Source: Sedimentisphaerales bacterium (GTDB taxonomy: Bacteria > Planctomycetota > Phycisphaerae > Sedimentisphaerales > SM23-30). From it: DNA of 64,000 bases. Shown here piece by piece: positions 42,574 through 53,174 of the stretch (the stretch's first letter is position 1; each line of letters starts with the position of its first letter). The position numbers and the translations under genes are program-made. Location: assembly GCA_963663965.2 (NCBI GenBank), contig CAXXFK010000001.1, forward strand, positions 320,001 through 384,000. The letters are read 5' to 3'. The notes under the pieces are model-generated. The model worked only from the letters and a program-made list of their open reading frames with translations. It searched no databases and had not been told where the DNA came from.

Positions 42574-42852
42574 CTATTGCCTGCTTATTGGAACCAGTAC
42601 CAACTTATTGTCAGTGTACTTATAGAACTCATAATCAACATCAATCGATAAACCCTGATAAGAGACCCTCGGTAGATACATCAGACTATTCCCATCGATT
42701 CGTATCTCACGGGGTTCCATTTCCAACATTCTCACCTGCATCTCATAACCACGCCGGATTTTCTCTCGCTCGGGAGAGGACTTGATAAAACCAAACAGAA
42801 CAAATCCGATAATAATCGCGATTGCGATAATAACCGTATGCAATAGTTTCAT
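42574..42852 (-). CDS. Small hypothetical membrane-anchored protein
   Basis: 92 aa, N-terminal hydrophobic helix, AAGGA RBS, AT-rich. Confidence 0.55.
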   Translation of the reverse strand: MKLLHTVIIAIAIIIGFVLFGFIKSSPEREKIRRGYEMQVRMLEMEPREIRIDGNSLMYLPRVSYQGLSIDVDYEFYKYTDNKLVLVPISRQ

Positions 42853-43027
42853 GTGCCATCCTTTTTTAAAACAATTCTCATATTGCCATAATTTAGCTCA
42901 TATAATACCCATTCTGTTTCAGTATAACGATGAACTTATCTGAAGCAATCCAAATATGGATCTGTCTCAGATAATCATTAATCAAAACTGACATGGAACT
43001 CGTTGGTTATGAATGCGATCATTCCAT

Positions 43028-43056
43028 TTGACACCCGACCCTTATTGAAATACAAT
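43028..43056 (+). promoter_or_regulatory. Sigma70 promoter of the ECF sigma gene
   Basis: TTGACA-N17-TACAAT. Confidence 0.65.
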
Positions 43057-43102
43057 AATCCCGATTCAAAAATACTGGTAATCCTGAACGCAGTTAAAAT
43101 CC

Positions 43103-43837
43103 ATGAACGATCCAGCCGGCCCTCGACAATTTGCCACGACCCATTGGAGCCTGGTGGACGCGGTGAAGTTTGACCAGTCCAACCAGACCCGTGCCCGGGA
43201 GGCGCTCGAAACGCTCTGCCAATCCTACTGGTACCCGCTTTACGCCTTTGTCCGCAGTCGTGGTTACTCCGAAGCCGACGCCCAGGACCTCACCCAGGCT
43301 TTTTTCGCGCGTATCATCGAAACCCATGGTTTCAATGCCGCGGACCGGTCACGGGGCCGCTTCCGCTCCTATCTGCTTGGCGCCCTGAAACATTTCCTGG
43401 CCAACGAATGGGATCGTAACCAGGCCCGGAAACGGGGCGGCAAAATACAATTTGCCGAATGGGACGCCCTCAATCTGGAAAACCGCTACGCCGCCACTTC
43501 AAACCCCTCGGACAATCCCGATTACCTGTTTGATCGGGAATGGGCCCTGGAAACGATCTCCAAAACTTTACAAACCCTCCGCGCCGAAATGGACCAAACC
43601 GGTAAAACCCGACAATTTGATCTCCTCAAGGGCAGCCTGACCGGAGAAGATGATTTACCCCGGGATCAACTGGCCACTGAATTGAACATGTCGGAAGGCG
43701 CCGTCAAAGTCGCCATCCATCGCCTGCGCCAGCGTTATCGAACGCTGCTGCGCAATACCATCGCCCAGACCGTCAGTAACGAAGCAGATCTCGAAGATGA
43801 ATTAAGATACCTGATCGCCATTTTACGTCGGCAATAA
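43103..43837 (+). CDS. ECF sigma factor of the Ser/Thr-kinase-associated type
   Basis: FATTHWSLV, LCQSYWYPLYAFVR, AQDLTQAFF, GRFRSYL, FDREWA and SEGAVKVAIHRLRQRY motifs; adjacent kinase gene. Confidence 0.92.
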   Translation: MNDPAGPRQFATTHWSLVDAVKFDQSNQTRAREALETLCQSYWYPLYAFVRSRGYSEADAQDLTQAFFARIIETHGFNAADRSRGRFRSYLLGALKHFLANEWDRNQARKRGGKIQFAEWDALNLENRYAATSNPSDNPDYLFDREWALETISKTLQTLRAEMDQTGKTRQFDLLKGSLTGEDDLPRDQLATELNMSEGAVKVAIHRLRQRYRTLLRNTIAQTVSNEADLEDELRYLIAILRRQ

Positions 43838-43844
43838 AATTTTC

Positions 43845-43872
43845 TGTAACCTACCGGCATATTTTCTTCAGG
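43845..43872 (+). promoter_or_regulatory. Putative ECF-dependent promoter, copy 1
   Basis: TGTAACC-N15-TTCAGG; same motif and spacing at 46651. Confidence 0.6.
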
Positions 43873-43904
43873 TAATACATGAATCAAAACCTGGAGTAAA
43901 ATTC

Positions 43905-46547
43905 ATGAATACGCCCGACAATAAAACCTGTAAACGCTGCGGCGCCGCCATTCCCAGCCAGGCAACCGAACGGCTTTGCCCCGCGTGCCTTATGTCAATC
44001 GCCCTGGTATCACCCGGTGATCGGACCGAAACGCAGTCACTCACCCCCGGCGAGTCGCTGGCCCTCTATGGCTACACGGACCTCCCCTGCGATTTCGGCG
44101 GATATCACTTGTTTAAATTACTCGGCCGCGGCGGGATGGGCGCTGTTTACGAAGCCCAACAGATCGCCACCGGCTGGCGAGTCGCCCTGAAAATGCTGGC
44201 CCGGCAACTGGACTCACCAGATATGCGTCAACGTTTTCTCCGCGAAGGACGCCTGGCAGCCGGTATCAACCACCCCAACAGCCTCTACGTATTTGGCAGC
44301 GAAGAAATCGACGACCTGCCCGTAATCACCATGGAAATCGCCGCCGGCGGCACCCTCAAAGATAAACTCAAGGAACGCGGCCCCCTGCCGGTTGCCGAAG
44401 CGGTCGACGCCATTCTCGAAGTCATCTCCGGTCTCGAAGCGACCTTCGTCGGCGGAATACTTCACCGCGATATCAAACCATCCAACTGCTTTGTCAATCC
44501 GGATGGCTCCGTCAAAGTCGGCGATTTTGGCCTGTCCGTCTCCACTCTGGCCAAAACCGATACCTTTGTCACCGCCCATGGCAAGATCATGGGCACACCC
44601 GCCTACGCCTCACCCGAACAGCTGCGGGGCGATGCCCTGGATTTGCGGGCGGATATCTACTCGGTTGGCGCGACACTCTTTACCCTGCTCACCAACGAAG
44701 CCCCCTTCGACGGCGATAACGCCGTCCAGGTGGTCGCCAACGCCGTCAACCAGAAACCAAAATCGCTCACCACACTGCGTCCCGATATCCCACCCGATCT
44801 CGACCGTATCATTACCCGTTGTCTGGCCAAAGAACCCGCTGGGCGCTATCCCGACTACCAGACCCTCCGAAACGCGCTTTTACCCTTCAGCTCCAAAGAA
44901 CCGGAACCCGCCTCCATTATCCAGCGGGTATCGGCCGGATGGATCGATTACCTGATCGCCTTCATGGTTCCCTATATCCTCATCATGCTCTTTGTCGGCG
45001 CGAATCAGTTGATTGTACGCCCCCTGGTTGACCGCACCCTCTATTCCGCCCGCTATTATTTCGCTTTGTTAGGATTCGGCTTTCTATACTTCACCATCAC
45101 CGAAGGCCTCTGGGGCGCCGGCCTGGGCAAGTTCCTCAAAGGATTACAGATTGTCCGTGTCAATGGCCGCCGGCCTGGTTTCTTTCGCGCCCTGATCCGG
45201 ATTGTCATCCCCATCCTCTGCGTCGAAACCGTCCGCATGCCCCTCATGCTGGCTTTGATTCACACCGCTGATTGGACACCCTGGCAAACCTCTGCCTATG
45301 TACTGGCCGCCATCATCTGCGGCTGGATCCCGGTCACGCTGGCGTTACTGGCCAATCCCAAAAATAACTATGCCACACTCTGGGACACCCTCTCCGGAAC
45401 ACAAGTAAGAATAAAACCCAAAGGCGCCCTCCGGCCGGCAATCAAATCAGCCAACGAACCCGATATTCCTGCCGAATCCGCAACGACAATTGGCCCCTAC
45501 CAGATCCTCAAAACGATCACTCCTGACCAATGGCTCCTTGCGCTGGATCCGGTCTTGCGCCGCCAGGTCTGGCTGATACGCCAAAACAACAGTCCTCTAA
45601 CCCAGGCCCGTCAGAATCTTGCCCGGCCCGGCCGCTTACGCTGGCTGCAAAATGTTCATACCCCCCAGGCAACATGGAACGCCTGTGAAGCGACCGAAGG
45701 CCTCCCTTTCACCCAATTGATCGCGGCAGGCAAACACCTGCCCTGGGCCAGCCTGCGTTTCTGGCTCCACGACCTGGCCTCAGAACTCTGGGAATCATCC
45801 ACAGACCACACCCTGCCGGCGGAACTCGGCCTCGATCACATCTGGATCACCACCCAGGGCCGGGCCATCCTGCTCGACGAACCCTGGCCCGCTTCGAAAT
45901 CCCCCACCCCGACTATCCCCATCGACTCCCTAACCAACCAGCAGCGTTTCCTCCACACCGTCGCCGCCGGTGTCGATCCAACCACCCTCCCCCTCCACGC
46001 CCGGGGCGTCTTAAAAAATCTGGCCGATGGCAAATTCGAAAAACTAAGCTTCCTGACCGGCATCCTGCGCACCCTGCTCGACCAACCCGTCGAACTGAAC
46101 CGCGGACTGCGGGCCGGCTCGGTCTTATTACTGCCGGGCTATGTCTGGACTGCCGTCATGCTGGGATATTTTCACGATAAGCCCGATCTATTCTGGAATA
46201 ACCCGATGGATAAACCCCTCTCGATCACCCTGGCCATTTTAGGAGTATTCGCTCTGATCCAACTCCTCTCCCTGCCATTGGGCAGCACACCCGGCCACCA
46301 CATCTTCCGCCTGGCCATAATCGACTCCCAGGGCCGCCGCGCCACCCTCTCCAGACGATTCAAACGCTGGGCCGCCGTCTGGCTGCCGCTGTTTATCCCC
46401 TGCATCTTATTTTTAACGATCTTCCCTGCCGCACCCATCGCCGCCATCACCCTCATACTCTGGCTCTGCGCCGTCATCCACACCATCACCCACCCCCACC
46501 GCAGCATCCCCGACCAACTCGCAGCCACCTGGGTCGTCCGGCAGTAA
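43905..46547 (+). CDS. Membrane Ser/Thr kinase: Zn-ribbon + Hanks kinase + RDD + degenerate kinase-like domain + RDD-like
   Basis: CKRC..CPAC; LGRGGMGAVY, VALK, HRDIKPSN, DFG and GTPAYASPE; RDD-like QRVSAGWID..GKFLKGL..WDTLSGTQV and C-terminal GSTPGHHIFRL..SIPDQLAATWVV. Confidence 0.9.
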   Translation: MNTPDNKTCKRCGAAIPSQATERLCPACLMSIALVSPGDRTETQSLTPGESLALYGYTDLPCDFGGYHLFKLLGRGGMGAVYEAQQIATGWRVALKMLARQLDSPDMRQRFLREGRLAAGINHPNSLYVFGSEEIDDLPVITMEIAAGGTLKDKLKERGPLPVAEAVDAILEVISGLEATFVGGILHRDIKPSNCFVNPDGSVKVGDFGLSVSTLAKTDTFVTAHGKIMGTPAYASPEQLRGDALDLRADIYSVGATLFTLLTNEAPFDGDNAVQVVANAVNQKPKSLTTLRPDIPPDLDRIITRCLAKEPAGRYPDYQTLRNALLPFSSKEPEPASIIQRVSAGWIDYLIAFMVPYILIMLFVGANQLIVRPLVDRTLYSARYYFALLGFGFLYFTITEGLWGAGLGKFLKGLQIVRVNGRRPGFFRALIRIVIPILCVETVRMPLMLALIHTADWTPWQTSAYVLAAIICGWIPVTLALLANPKNNYATLWDTLSGTQVRIKPKGALRPAIKSANEPDIPAESATTIGPYQILKTITPDQWLLALDPVLRRQVWLIRQNNSPLTQARQNLARPGRLRWLQNVHTPQATWNACEATEGLPFTQLIAAGKHLPWASLRFWLHDLASELWESSTDHTLPAELGLDHIWITTQGRAILLDEPWPASKSPTPTIPIDSLTNQQRFLHTVAAGVDPTTLPLHARGVLKNLADGKFEKLSFLTGILRTLLDQPVELNRGLRAGSVLLLPGYVWTAVMLGYFHDKPDLFWNNPMDKPLSITLAILGVFALIQLLSLPLGSTPGHHIFRLAIIDSQGRRATLSRRFKRWAAVWLPLFIPCILFLTIFPAAPIAAITLILWLCAVIHTITHPHRSIPDQLAATWVVRQ

Positions 46548-46650
46548 ATGCTCATGAAAAGTCGCTTCGAATCTATCCTTATGTTTTAAAACAAGTTAGC
46601 TTTCCTTCCCCCCATAAATTCCCTCTTTTTCCCCAATCGGTCATTTTTTC

Positions 46651-46678
46651 TGTAACCCCCTTCCATTTTTCATTCAGG
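46651..46678 (+). promoter_or_regulatory. Putative ECF-dependent promoter, copy 2
   Basis: TGTAACC-N15-TTCAGG upstream of the acyltransferase gene. Confidence 0.6.
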
Positions 46679-46734
46679 AATAAGTGAATGTCATCCACCA
46701 CCAATTATGAAACCCGGACATAAGGAGATTCACA

Positions 46735-47919
46735 ATGCTGATTCCAGAAACCAGACAAACGAACAACCAACCCAACCGAATCTATTGGCTCGACAATCTG
46801 CGTACCTTTATGATCTTCCTGGTCGTCCTCATCCACGCGGCCATCATTTACGAAAAAAACAGCATGGGCGCCGCCTGGTGGATCGTCTGCGATCCTTCCA
46901 CCAACGATCTGCCCGGCATCCTCTTTCTTATCCTCAATATTTTCGTCATGGCCGCAGTATTTTTTGTCTCGGGCTATTTCGCCCACCTCTCCCTCCAGAA
47001 AAAAACCGGCTGGTCCTTTATCAAAACCAAATTCAAACGCCTCATGCTCCCCTGGCTCATCGGCGTCCTCACCCTGATCCCGCTCTACAAAGTCATCTTC
47101 CTCCACGCCCGCCACCTGCCTCAGGAACACTGGACCAGCTACTTCCACTGGAACACCCTCTGGAGCCAGAACTGGCTCTGGTTCCTGCCCGTCCTGTTCG
47201 CCTTCGAAATCCTCTACCTCGGCCTGAACCAATTAAAACGGAACGTCTCCCGCATCACCATCAGGCAATCACTCCTCGCCGCATTTATCATCTGCCTGCT
47301 CTACAGTATCGCCATGGATTATTTCAATCTCCAGGGCTGGACCAAATCCATCCTCATTGATTTCCAGAACGAACGCCTCCTGATCTACCTGGCCCTGTTT
47401 CTCCTGGGCGCCCAATGCTGCCGCCACCAGGTATTTGACTCATCCTGGAAAAACAAAAAACTCGATATCATCCTGCACAGCATCGGCTGGATCCCCATGA
47501 ACCTCTATCTCTTTCAACTCATCTACGCCATCATGAATCCCGGTAAATTCCTGGTATCCGATCTTATCGATACCATCCTCATCCGCCTGAACTTCGTCCT
47601 GGCCATGGCCTACCTGCTCTACGCCATGATCGCCACCTTCTATTCCTTCTTCAACCGCCAGACTCCGCTCGGCCGGGAACTTAATAATGGTTCCTACTCC
47701 GTCTACCTCATCCACGTCATCGTCATGGGCCCGATCGCCATCGCCCTGCAAAACACCACCCTCCCCTCACTGGCTAAACTCCCGATCCTGACACTTTCCA
47801 CCTTTATCATCAGCAACCTGATCGCTTACGGATTCAGAAAAGTCAGACACAGTATCCACCACCAATCTCAAATGTCTCAAACCCGATTACCTGTTAGTAG
47901 TATATGCAGTATTGAATAA
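46735..47919 (+). CDS. Acyltransferase-3 family (OpgC/MdoC-like) membrane protein
   Basis: RIYWLDNLR..LVVLIH, FFVSGY, KFKRLMLP, WLWFL and SYSVYLIH motifs; about 10 TM helices. Confidence 0.9.
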   Translation: MLIPETRQTNNQPNRIYWLDNLRTFMIFLVVLIHAAIIYEKNSMGAAWWIVCDPSTNDLPGILFLILNIFVMAAVFFVSGYFAHLSLQKKTGWSFIKTKFKRLMLPWLIGVLTLIPLYKVIFLHARHLPQEHWTSYFHWNTLWSQNWLWFLPVLFAFEILYLGLNQLKRNVSRITIRQSLLAAFIICLLYSIAMDYFNLQGWTKSILIDFQNERLLIYLALFLLGAQCCRHQVFDSSWKNKKLDIILHSIGWIPMNLYLFQLIYAIMNPGKFLVSDLIDTILIRLNFVLAMAYLLYAMIATFYSFFNRQTPLGRELNNGSYSVYLIHVIVMGPIAIALQNTTLPSLAKLPILTLSTFIISNLIAYGFRKVRHSIHHQSQMSQTRLPVSSICSIE

Positions 47920-47946
47920 CAAATCGCCCCTCAGATTATAAAATCA

Positions 47947-47982
47947 AAAACCCAGGACAACATCAAAGTCATCCTGGGTTTT
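47947..47982. terminator. Bidirectional terminator between convergent genes
   Basis: AAAACCCAGGA...TCCTGGGTTTT. Confidence 0.7.
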
Positions 47983-48002
47983 ATTTATCAAGTAGTATCT
48001 TA

Positions 48003-49553
48003 CTACTTCAACGTCAGCACTACCACCGATTTCGACGGCAGCGTAACCGACAGCATATTTTCCTTCAGCTTGAAATCCTTGAACGCCGTCGGACTGATCG
48101 CGTCCGGCCGTTCAAACGTATTATGCGTATTCATGGCATTCGACGTCAGTACCTCACCGGAACATTGTCCATAGCGCCCGCCTTCGATTTCGCAACTCAA
48201 TTCAACCGCGTTCTTCGGATCCAGGTTCACCAGCGAAATCGTTATCTCACCCGCCGCGTTTTTCGAAACCGACGCACTGACCGTATCCAGCGCTTTGCCA
48301 TCCACTTCATATTTCGCGCAACTCAGATCGAATGCCACGGCACGCCCATCATGATGCCCGTTATACATCCGGAACAGATGATACGTCGGCGTCAGCATCA
48401 TCCGCGGCCCATCGGTCAGAATCATCGCCTGCAAGACATTATTCGTCTGGGCGATATTCGCCATCCTCACCCGGTCGGCATGCGCGTTGAAAATATTCAA
48501 AAATACCCCCGCGACCACCGCATCACGCAAGGTATTCTGCTGATACAGAAATCCCGGCGTTGAACCCGGCTCCGCGTTCCACCACGTGCCGTATTCATCG
48601 ATAAACAATCCGATCCGTTTGCGCGAATCGTAACGGTCCATAATCTCCTTATAACGCTTGATCGCGCCATCCACCTCAACGGTCTTTTCCAATACCCCAA
48701 ACCACTGCTGCTCACTGAACCGGGTGGCCTCGCCTTTATTTCCCCAGTCGCCCGAAAAGACATACCAGTGCATACTGATCGCGTTCATCCGCCCGCCAAT
48801 ATTCTTCATGCACACATCCATCCAGTTATAATTCACATCGCCCGGGCCGCACGCCACCTTGGTCACCCGGCTGCCCGGATAATCCTTCACATAGGTCGCG
48901 TAACGCTTAAACAGGTCGCTGTAATACTCCGCCGTCATATTCCCCCCGCAGCCCCAGTTCTCGTTGCCCACTCCAAAGAACTTCACCTTCCACGGCTCAT
49001 CCCGGCCATTGGCCCGCCGCAGATTCGCCATTTCACTGTCCCCGCCAAAATTCAGATACTCCACCCAGTCCTGCATCTCTTCCACCGTACCGCTGCCCAC
49101 ATTACCGCTGATATACGCGTCACAGCCAATCTGCTCGCACAGATCCATAAACTCATGCGTCCCAAAATGATTATTCTCCACCACCATGCCCCAGTGAGTA
49201 TTCAACATCGGCTTTCGCTGATCCCTGGGCCCGATCCCTTCGCGCCAGTGATATTCATCCGCGAAACAGCCGCCCGGCCACCGGATCACTGGACACTGAA
49301 TATCCTTCAGCGCTTCCACCACGTCACTGCGAATCCCGCGCACATTGGGAATCGCCGAATCCTCACCCACCCAATACCCCTCATAACAGCACCGGCCCAG
49401 ATGCTCGGAAAAATGACCATAAATATATTTACTGATCACCGGCCCGGTCTGGTCCGCCCGGATCGTCAGCTTGTTCTCCTGCGCCAACACGCTCAAACTT
49501 AACATTCCAACCAGAAGCCAAATCCGGTAACACCAACTTCGTTTCATCAACAT
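48003..49553 (-). CDS. abfA: GH51 alpha-L-arabinofuranosidase
   Basis: [35 protein letters not shown] and ANIAQ motifs; signal peptide. Confidence 0.92.
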   Translation of the reverse strand: MLMKRSWCYRIWLLVGMLSLSVLAQENKLTIRADQTGPVISKYIYGHFSEHLGRCCYEGYWVGEDSAIPNVRGIRSDVVEALKDIQCPVIRWPGGCFADEYHWREGIGPRDQRKPMLNTHWGMVVENNHFGTHEFMDLCEQIGCDAYISGNVGSGTVEEMQDWVEYLNFGGDSEMANLRRANGRDEPWKVKFFGVGNENWGCGGNMTAEYYSDLFKRYATYVKDYPGSRVTKVACGPGDVNYNWMDVCMKNIGGRMNAISMHWYVFSGDWGNKGEATRFSEQQWFGVLEKTVEVDGAIKRYKEIMDRYDSRKRIGLFIDEYGTWWNAEPGSTPGFLYQQNTLRDAVVAGVFLNIFNAHADRVRMANIAQTNNVLQAMILTDGPRMMLTPTYHLFRMYNGHHDGRAVAFDLSCAKYEVDGKALDTVSASVSKNAAGEITISLVNLDPKNAVELSCEIEGGRYGQCSGEVLTSNAMNTHNTFERPDAISPTAFKDFKLKENMLSVTLPSKSVVVLTLK

Positions 49554-49811
49554 AATGCTTCTCCGTATAAAAAGTTAAACACATATAACCAGCCGGCGGC
49601 CGGTCACCATATTTTTCCGTAAGTACATCCCTGAAAAACAGTTATGAAATATAACTGATTCCAGGCCACCCTTTACTACAAATAAAAATTATCCCGATTT
49701 ATTGCCAGAAAATCAACCGAAATATCAACCGCCCCTGTTTCTGTTTGACCCTCATTGCCCAGGCGCACTAAAGTATATCAACTTCAGAGCCGCTTAAATA
49801 AGGATAATGCT

Positions 49812-51320
49812 ATGCAAGCTAAACTCAATAAACTGAAAGCACGCTTAAAAACCATCCATGACCTGCATGCGATCAGCAGCCTGCTCTTCTGGGACCAGGC
49901 CACCTACATGCCGCCCGGCGGCGCCCAGGCCCGGGGGCGCCAGCGCGCCCTGATCGAACAAATGGCCCATGAACACCTCACCGACAAATGGATCGGCCAG
50001 TGTCTGGACTCCCTGCTCAGCTATGAACAGGACCTGCCCTATGACAGCGACGATGCCGCCCTGATCCGGGTTACCCGCCGCCAATACCAGAAAGCCATCA
50101 TGGTCCCCGCTGAATTTATGGCCCGCCTCTCAGAACACGGCGCTACCTGTTACGCCGCCTGGATCGAAGCCCGCCGTGAAAAAAACTTCGACCTGGTCCG
50201 CGACCATCTCGAAAAGAACCTCGACCTGAGCCGCGAACTGGCCGGCTACTACCCCGGTTATGAGCATATCGCCGACCCCCTGATCGATATCCATGATGAA
50301 GGCATGACCGTCGCCCGGATCCGTCCCCTGTTCGCCGACCTGCGCCAACGCCTGGTCCCCTTGGTCGAAGCCATCTGTGACAACGAACCACTGGAAAACG
50401 ATTTCCTCCACGACCACTACCCATCCAGACTCCAGCAGGAATTCTGCACCCGCCTGGCCCGCAAACTCGGCTACGATACCAATCGCGGCCGGGTCGACCT
50501 CACCCACCATCCCTTCATGATCAAATTCGCCCAGGGCGATGTCCGTATTACCACCCGCATCCGGGAAAACGACCTGAGCGAAGCCCTGTTCTCCAGTATC
50601 CACGAAACCGGCCACGCCCTCTACGAACAGAATATCGACAAACAACTGGAAGCCTCTCCGCTCGACCGCGGCGCCTCCGGCGGCGTCCACGAATCCCAAT
50701 CGCGCCTTTGGGAAAATCTCATCGGCCGCAGTCGTGAGTTCTGGATCAATCACCTACCCCTCCTGCGAGAACTGTTTCCCGACCAGCTGAGCGGCGTCGA
50801 TCTGGACCGGTTCTGTCGCGGCATCAACCATGTCGAACGGTCGCTCATCCGTACCGACGCCGACGAAGTCACCTACAACCTCCATGTCATGATCCGTTTC
50901 GAACTGGAACTCGAATTGCTCGAAGGCGCCCTCGCCATCCGCGACCTGCCTGACGCATGGAACGAACGCTACCAGTCTTACCTCGGAGTCTGTCCCCCCG
51001 ATGACAGTCTGGGCGTACTCCAGGATATGCACTGGTACGAAGGCGTCATCGGCGGCGCCTTCCAGAGCTACACCCTCGGCAATCTCATGGCCGCCCAGAT
51101 CTATCAAACCGCCCGCCAGGCCAATCCCGACCTGCCCACCCAGATCGCCCAGGGCCACTTCGAACCCCTGCTCCACTGGCTCACCCAAAATATCTACCGC
51201 CACGGCCGCAAATTCCTTCCCGAAGAACTCATCCAGCGCGTCACCGGCCGGCCCCTCTCCATCGAACCGTTTATGGCATACCTCCAGGATAAATACGGAC
51301 AATGGTATCGCCTGCCATAG
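49812..51320 (+). CDS. M32 family carboxypeptidase (Taq-type)
   Basis: LFWDQATYMP, HPF, HETGHALYEQ (HEXXH), HESQS, IRTDADE and GVLQDMHW motifs. Confidence 0.95.
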   Translation: MQAKLNKLKARLKTIHDLHAISSLLFWDQATYMPPGGAQARGRQRALIEQMAHEHLTDKWIGQCLDSLLSYEQDLPYDSDDAALIRVTRRQYQKAIMVPAEFMARLSEHGATCYAAWIEARREKNFDLVRDHLEKNLDLSRELAGYYPGYEHIADPLIDIHDEGMTVARIRPLFADLRQRLVPLVEAICDNEPLENDFLHDHYPSRLQQEFCTRLARKLGYDTNRGRVDLTHHPFMIKFAQGDVRITTRIRENDLSEALFSSIHETGHALYEQNIDKQLEASPLDRGASGGVHESQSRLWENLIGRSREFWINHLPLLRELFPDQLSGVDLDRFCRGINHVERSLIRTDADEVTYNLHVMIRFELELELLEGALAIRDLPDAWNERYQSYLGVCPPDDSLGVLQDMHWYEGVIGGAFQSYTLGNLMAAQIYQTARQANPDLPTQIAQGHFEPLLHWLTQNIYRHGRKFLPEELIQRVTGRPLSIEPFMAYLQDKYGQWYRLP

Positions 51321-51323
51321 TCA

Positions 51324-52670
51324 TTATCCCACATTATAAGACAACCGACTGGCCAACCGACCGAATCGATTCATCAACCCATGGCTGGCGATCGCCGCGA
51401 ACCATTGTCCGTATTTGCGATACACCAGATTAAAAAGCAGATAGGCCTTGAGTTGACGCGCCGACTGTGGCCGCCGCCTGATAATATTAGCCCAGGAATA
51501 AAACTGATCGTACAGCCACAGATACCCGGCTTTCAACTGTTCCGGGGTCATGTGTTTCGGCTGATACACCACATGAGAAGTATTATAGTGCGCCTTGTCA
51601 TGATCGATGATCCGGCCCTCCGCCAGCAACTTTTTATATAGCCGGGTACCCGGATACGGCGTCATGATATGAGCGGTAATCGTCTCGATCCGATTGGACA
51701 CCAGCCAGTCCAGCGTCTGAGCAAACACCTCCGGATAATCATGATCAAACCCGAACACCATACTCGCGTTCACCATAATCTCCCGGTCATGTAACTGGGC
51801 TACTACTTCTTCATAACGATCGATTCGGTTCTGGTGCTTGTTGGCGCTCTGGACCGAGGCCTTGTTAATGGACTCAAAGCCAATGAACAGGCTTTCACAA
51901 CCCGTCTGACGCATCCGATCGAGCAGGCGCGGATGATGACCGATATTCACCGAAACGGCCGCATGCCAGGTCAGGTTAAGCGGCTCGATGGCATCCAGAA
52001 AACGAACCGTCCAGGCGGGATCTCCAATGAAGTTGTCATCAACAAACATAACCTGCCGCGACTTCAATTGGCGAATCTCAGCCACAACGTTTTCTATTGG
52101 CCGGTTGCGGTAAAGACCATGGACATAATCCGAACTGTTATAACAGAAATCACAGCGAAAGGGACATCCCCGGCTCGCCGTCAGAATATTGGTATAAAGA
52201 TACTGACGCTGATCGATCAGGTCCCAACGCGGCATCGGGGTATCTTTCAGATCGGCCGGCGCCGGACTGTAATAACGCTTTTTCAACTGACCGCGCCGCG
52301 CATCGTCCAGAATCTCCCGCCATACATTTTCCGCCTCACCAATACAGACAGCATCGGCATACCCTTCCGCTTCCTCCGGCATAGCGCTGGCATGAATCCC
52401 TCCCAGCACCACCCGGATATTCCTCTGGCGGTAATGCCGGGCGATTTCATAAGCGCGGCCCGCCGTATCGACATTCACCGATATCCCCACCAGATCCGGT
52501 CGATCATCCAGACTGAGCGGACCGATATTCTCATCATCGATCGACACCTCATCAGACCCCGGGGTCAGCGCCGCCACCACCAGCAAGGCAATCGACGGCG
52601 ACAGCCTGCGTTTAAATTCCGAATCCATCGGCCGCAGCGTCATTTTAGGGGAAATGAGTTTGATTTTCAT
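51324..52670 (-). CDS. B12-binding radical SAM protein
   Basis: VLGGIHAS..GEAE (B12-binding domain), SRGCPFRCDFC, FVDDNF, IGFES and TPYPGT motifs. Confidence 0.92.
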   Translation of the reverse strand: MKIKLISPKMTLRPMDSEFKRRLSPSIALLVVAALTPGSDEVSIDDENIGPLSLDDRPDLVGISVNVDTAGRAYEIARHYRQRNIRVVLGGIHASAMPEEAEGYADAVCIGEAENVWREILDDARRGQLKKRYYSPAPADLKDTPMPRWDLIDQRQYLYTNILTASRGCPFRCDFCYNSSDYVHGLYRNRPIENVVAEIRQLKSRQVMFVDDNFIGDPAWTVRFLDAIEPLNLTWHAAVSVNIGHHPRLLDRMRQTGCESLFIGFESINKASVQSANKHQNRIDRYEEVVAQLHDREIMVNASMVFGFDHDYPEVFAQTLDWLVSNRIETITAHIMTPYPGTRLYKKLLAEGRIIDHDKAHYNTSHVVYQPKHMTPEQLKAGYLWLYDQFYSWANIIRRRPQSARQLKAYLLFNLVYRKYGQWFAAIASHGLMNRFGRLASRLSYNVG

Positions 52671-53174
52671 AAACCACACCGGACATATCGTATGAACTAA
52701 AAACACTATCGGAACTTGTTTCTCACCGGCTTAAAGCCATTTAAAGACTCGATTTTCATCATATTAATACTGAATACGCCCATAACTTACCACGGTTCGG
52801 CCATTTTAACACGATCAATAACCTCCAATATCCCCAATCAACAAGCAGATTCGCCATTTCCTAGATCGGATTATCTGCACCTATGAAATATTGAAACAAG
52901 TTATCAGCATACAATCCACTTCATTATCGAATACGAAATATTAAATTTTATAAACATTACTGCTTACTCATTCTGTCGCCTTAAACACCAACCACTTCAC
53001 AAATCAGCATAACCACTTATTACACAACACCCTATAAGAATATCCGCCAATCTTTCTTTTATTTTTTTAATATAAATACAACGGAAATATTATCCGAAAT
53101 TAATAATGGATCAATTCACCAATGCAGAGTTCAGGATATTAAGAGAGAATATTATTTAGTAAAGGAAGTTAGAA

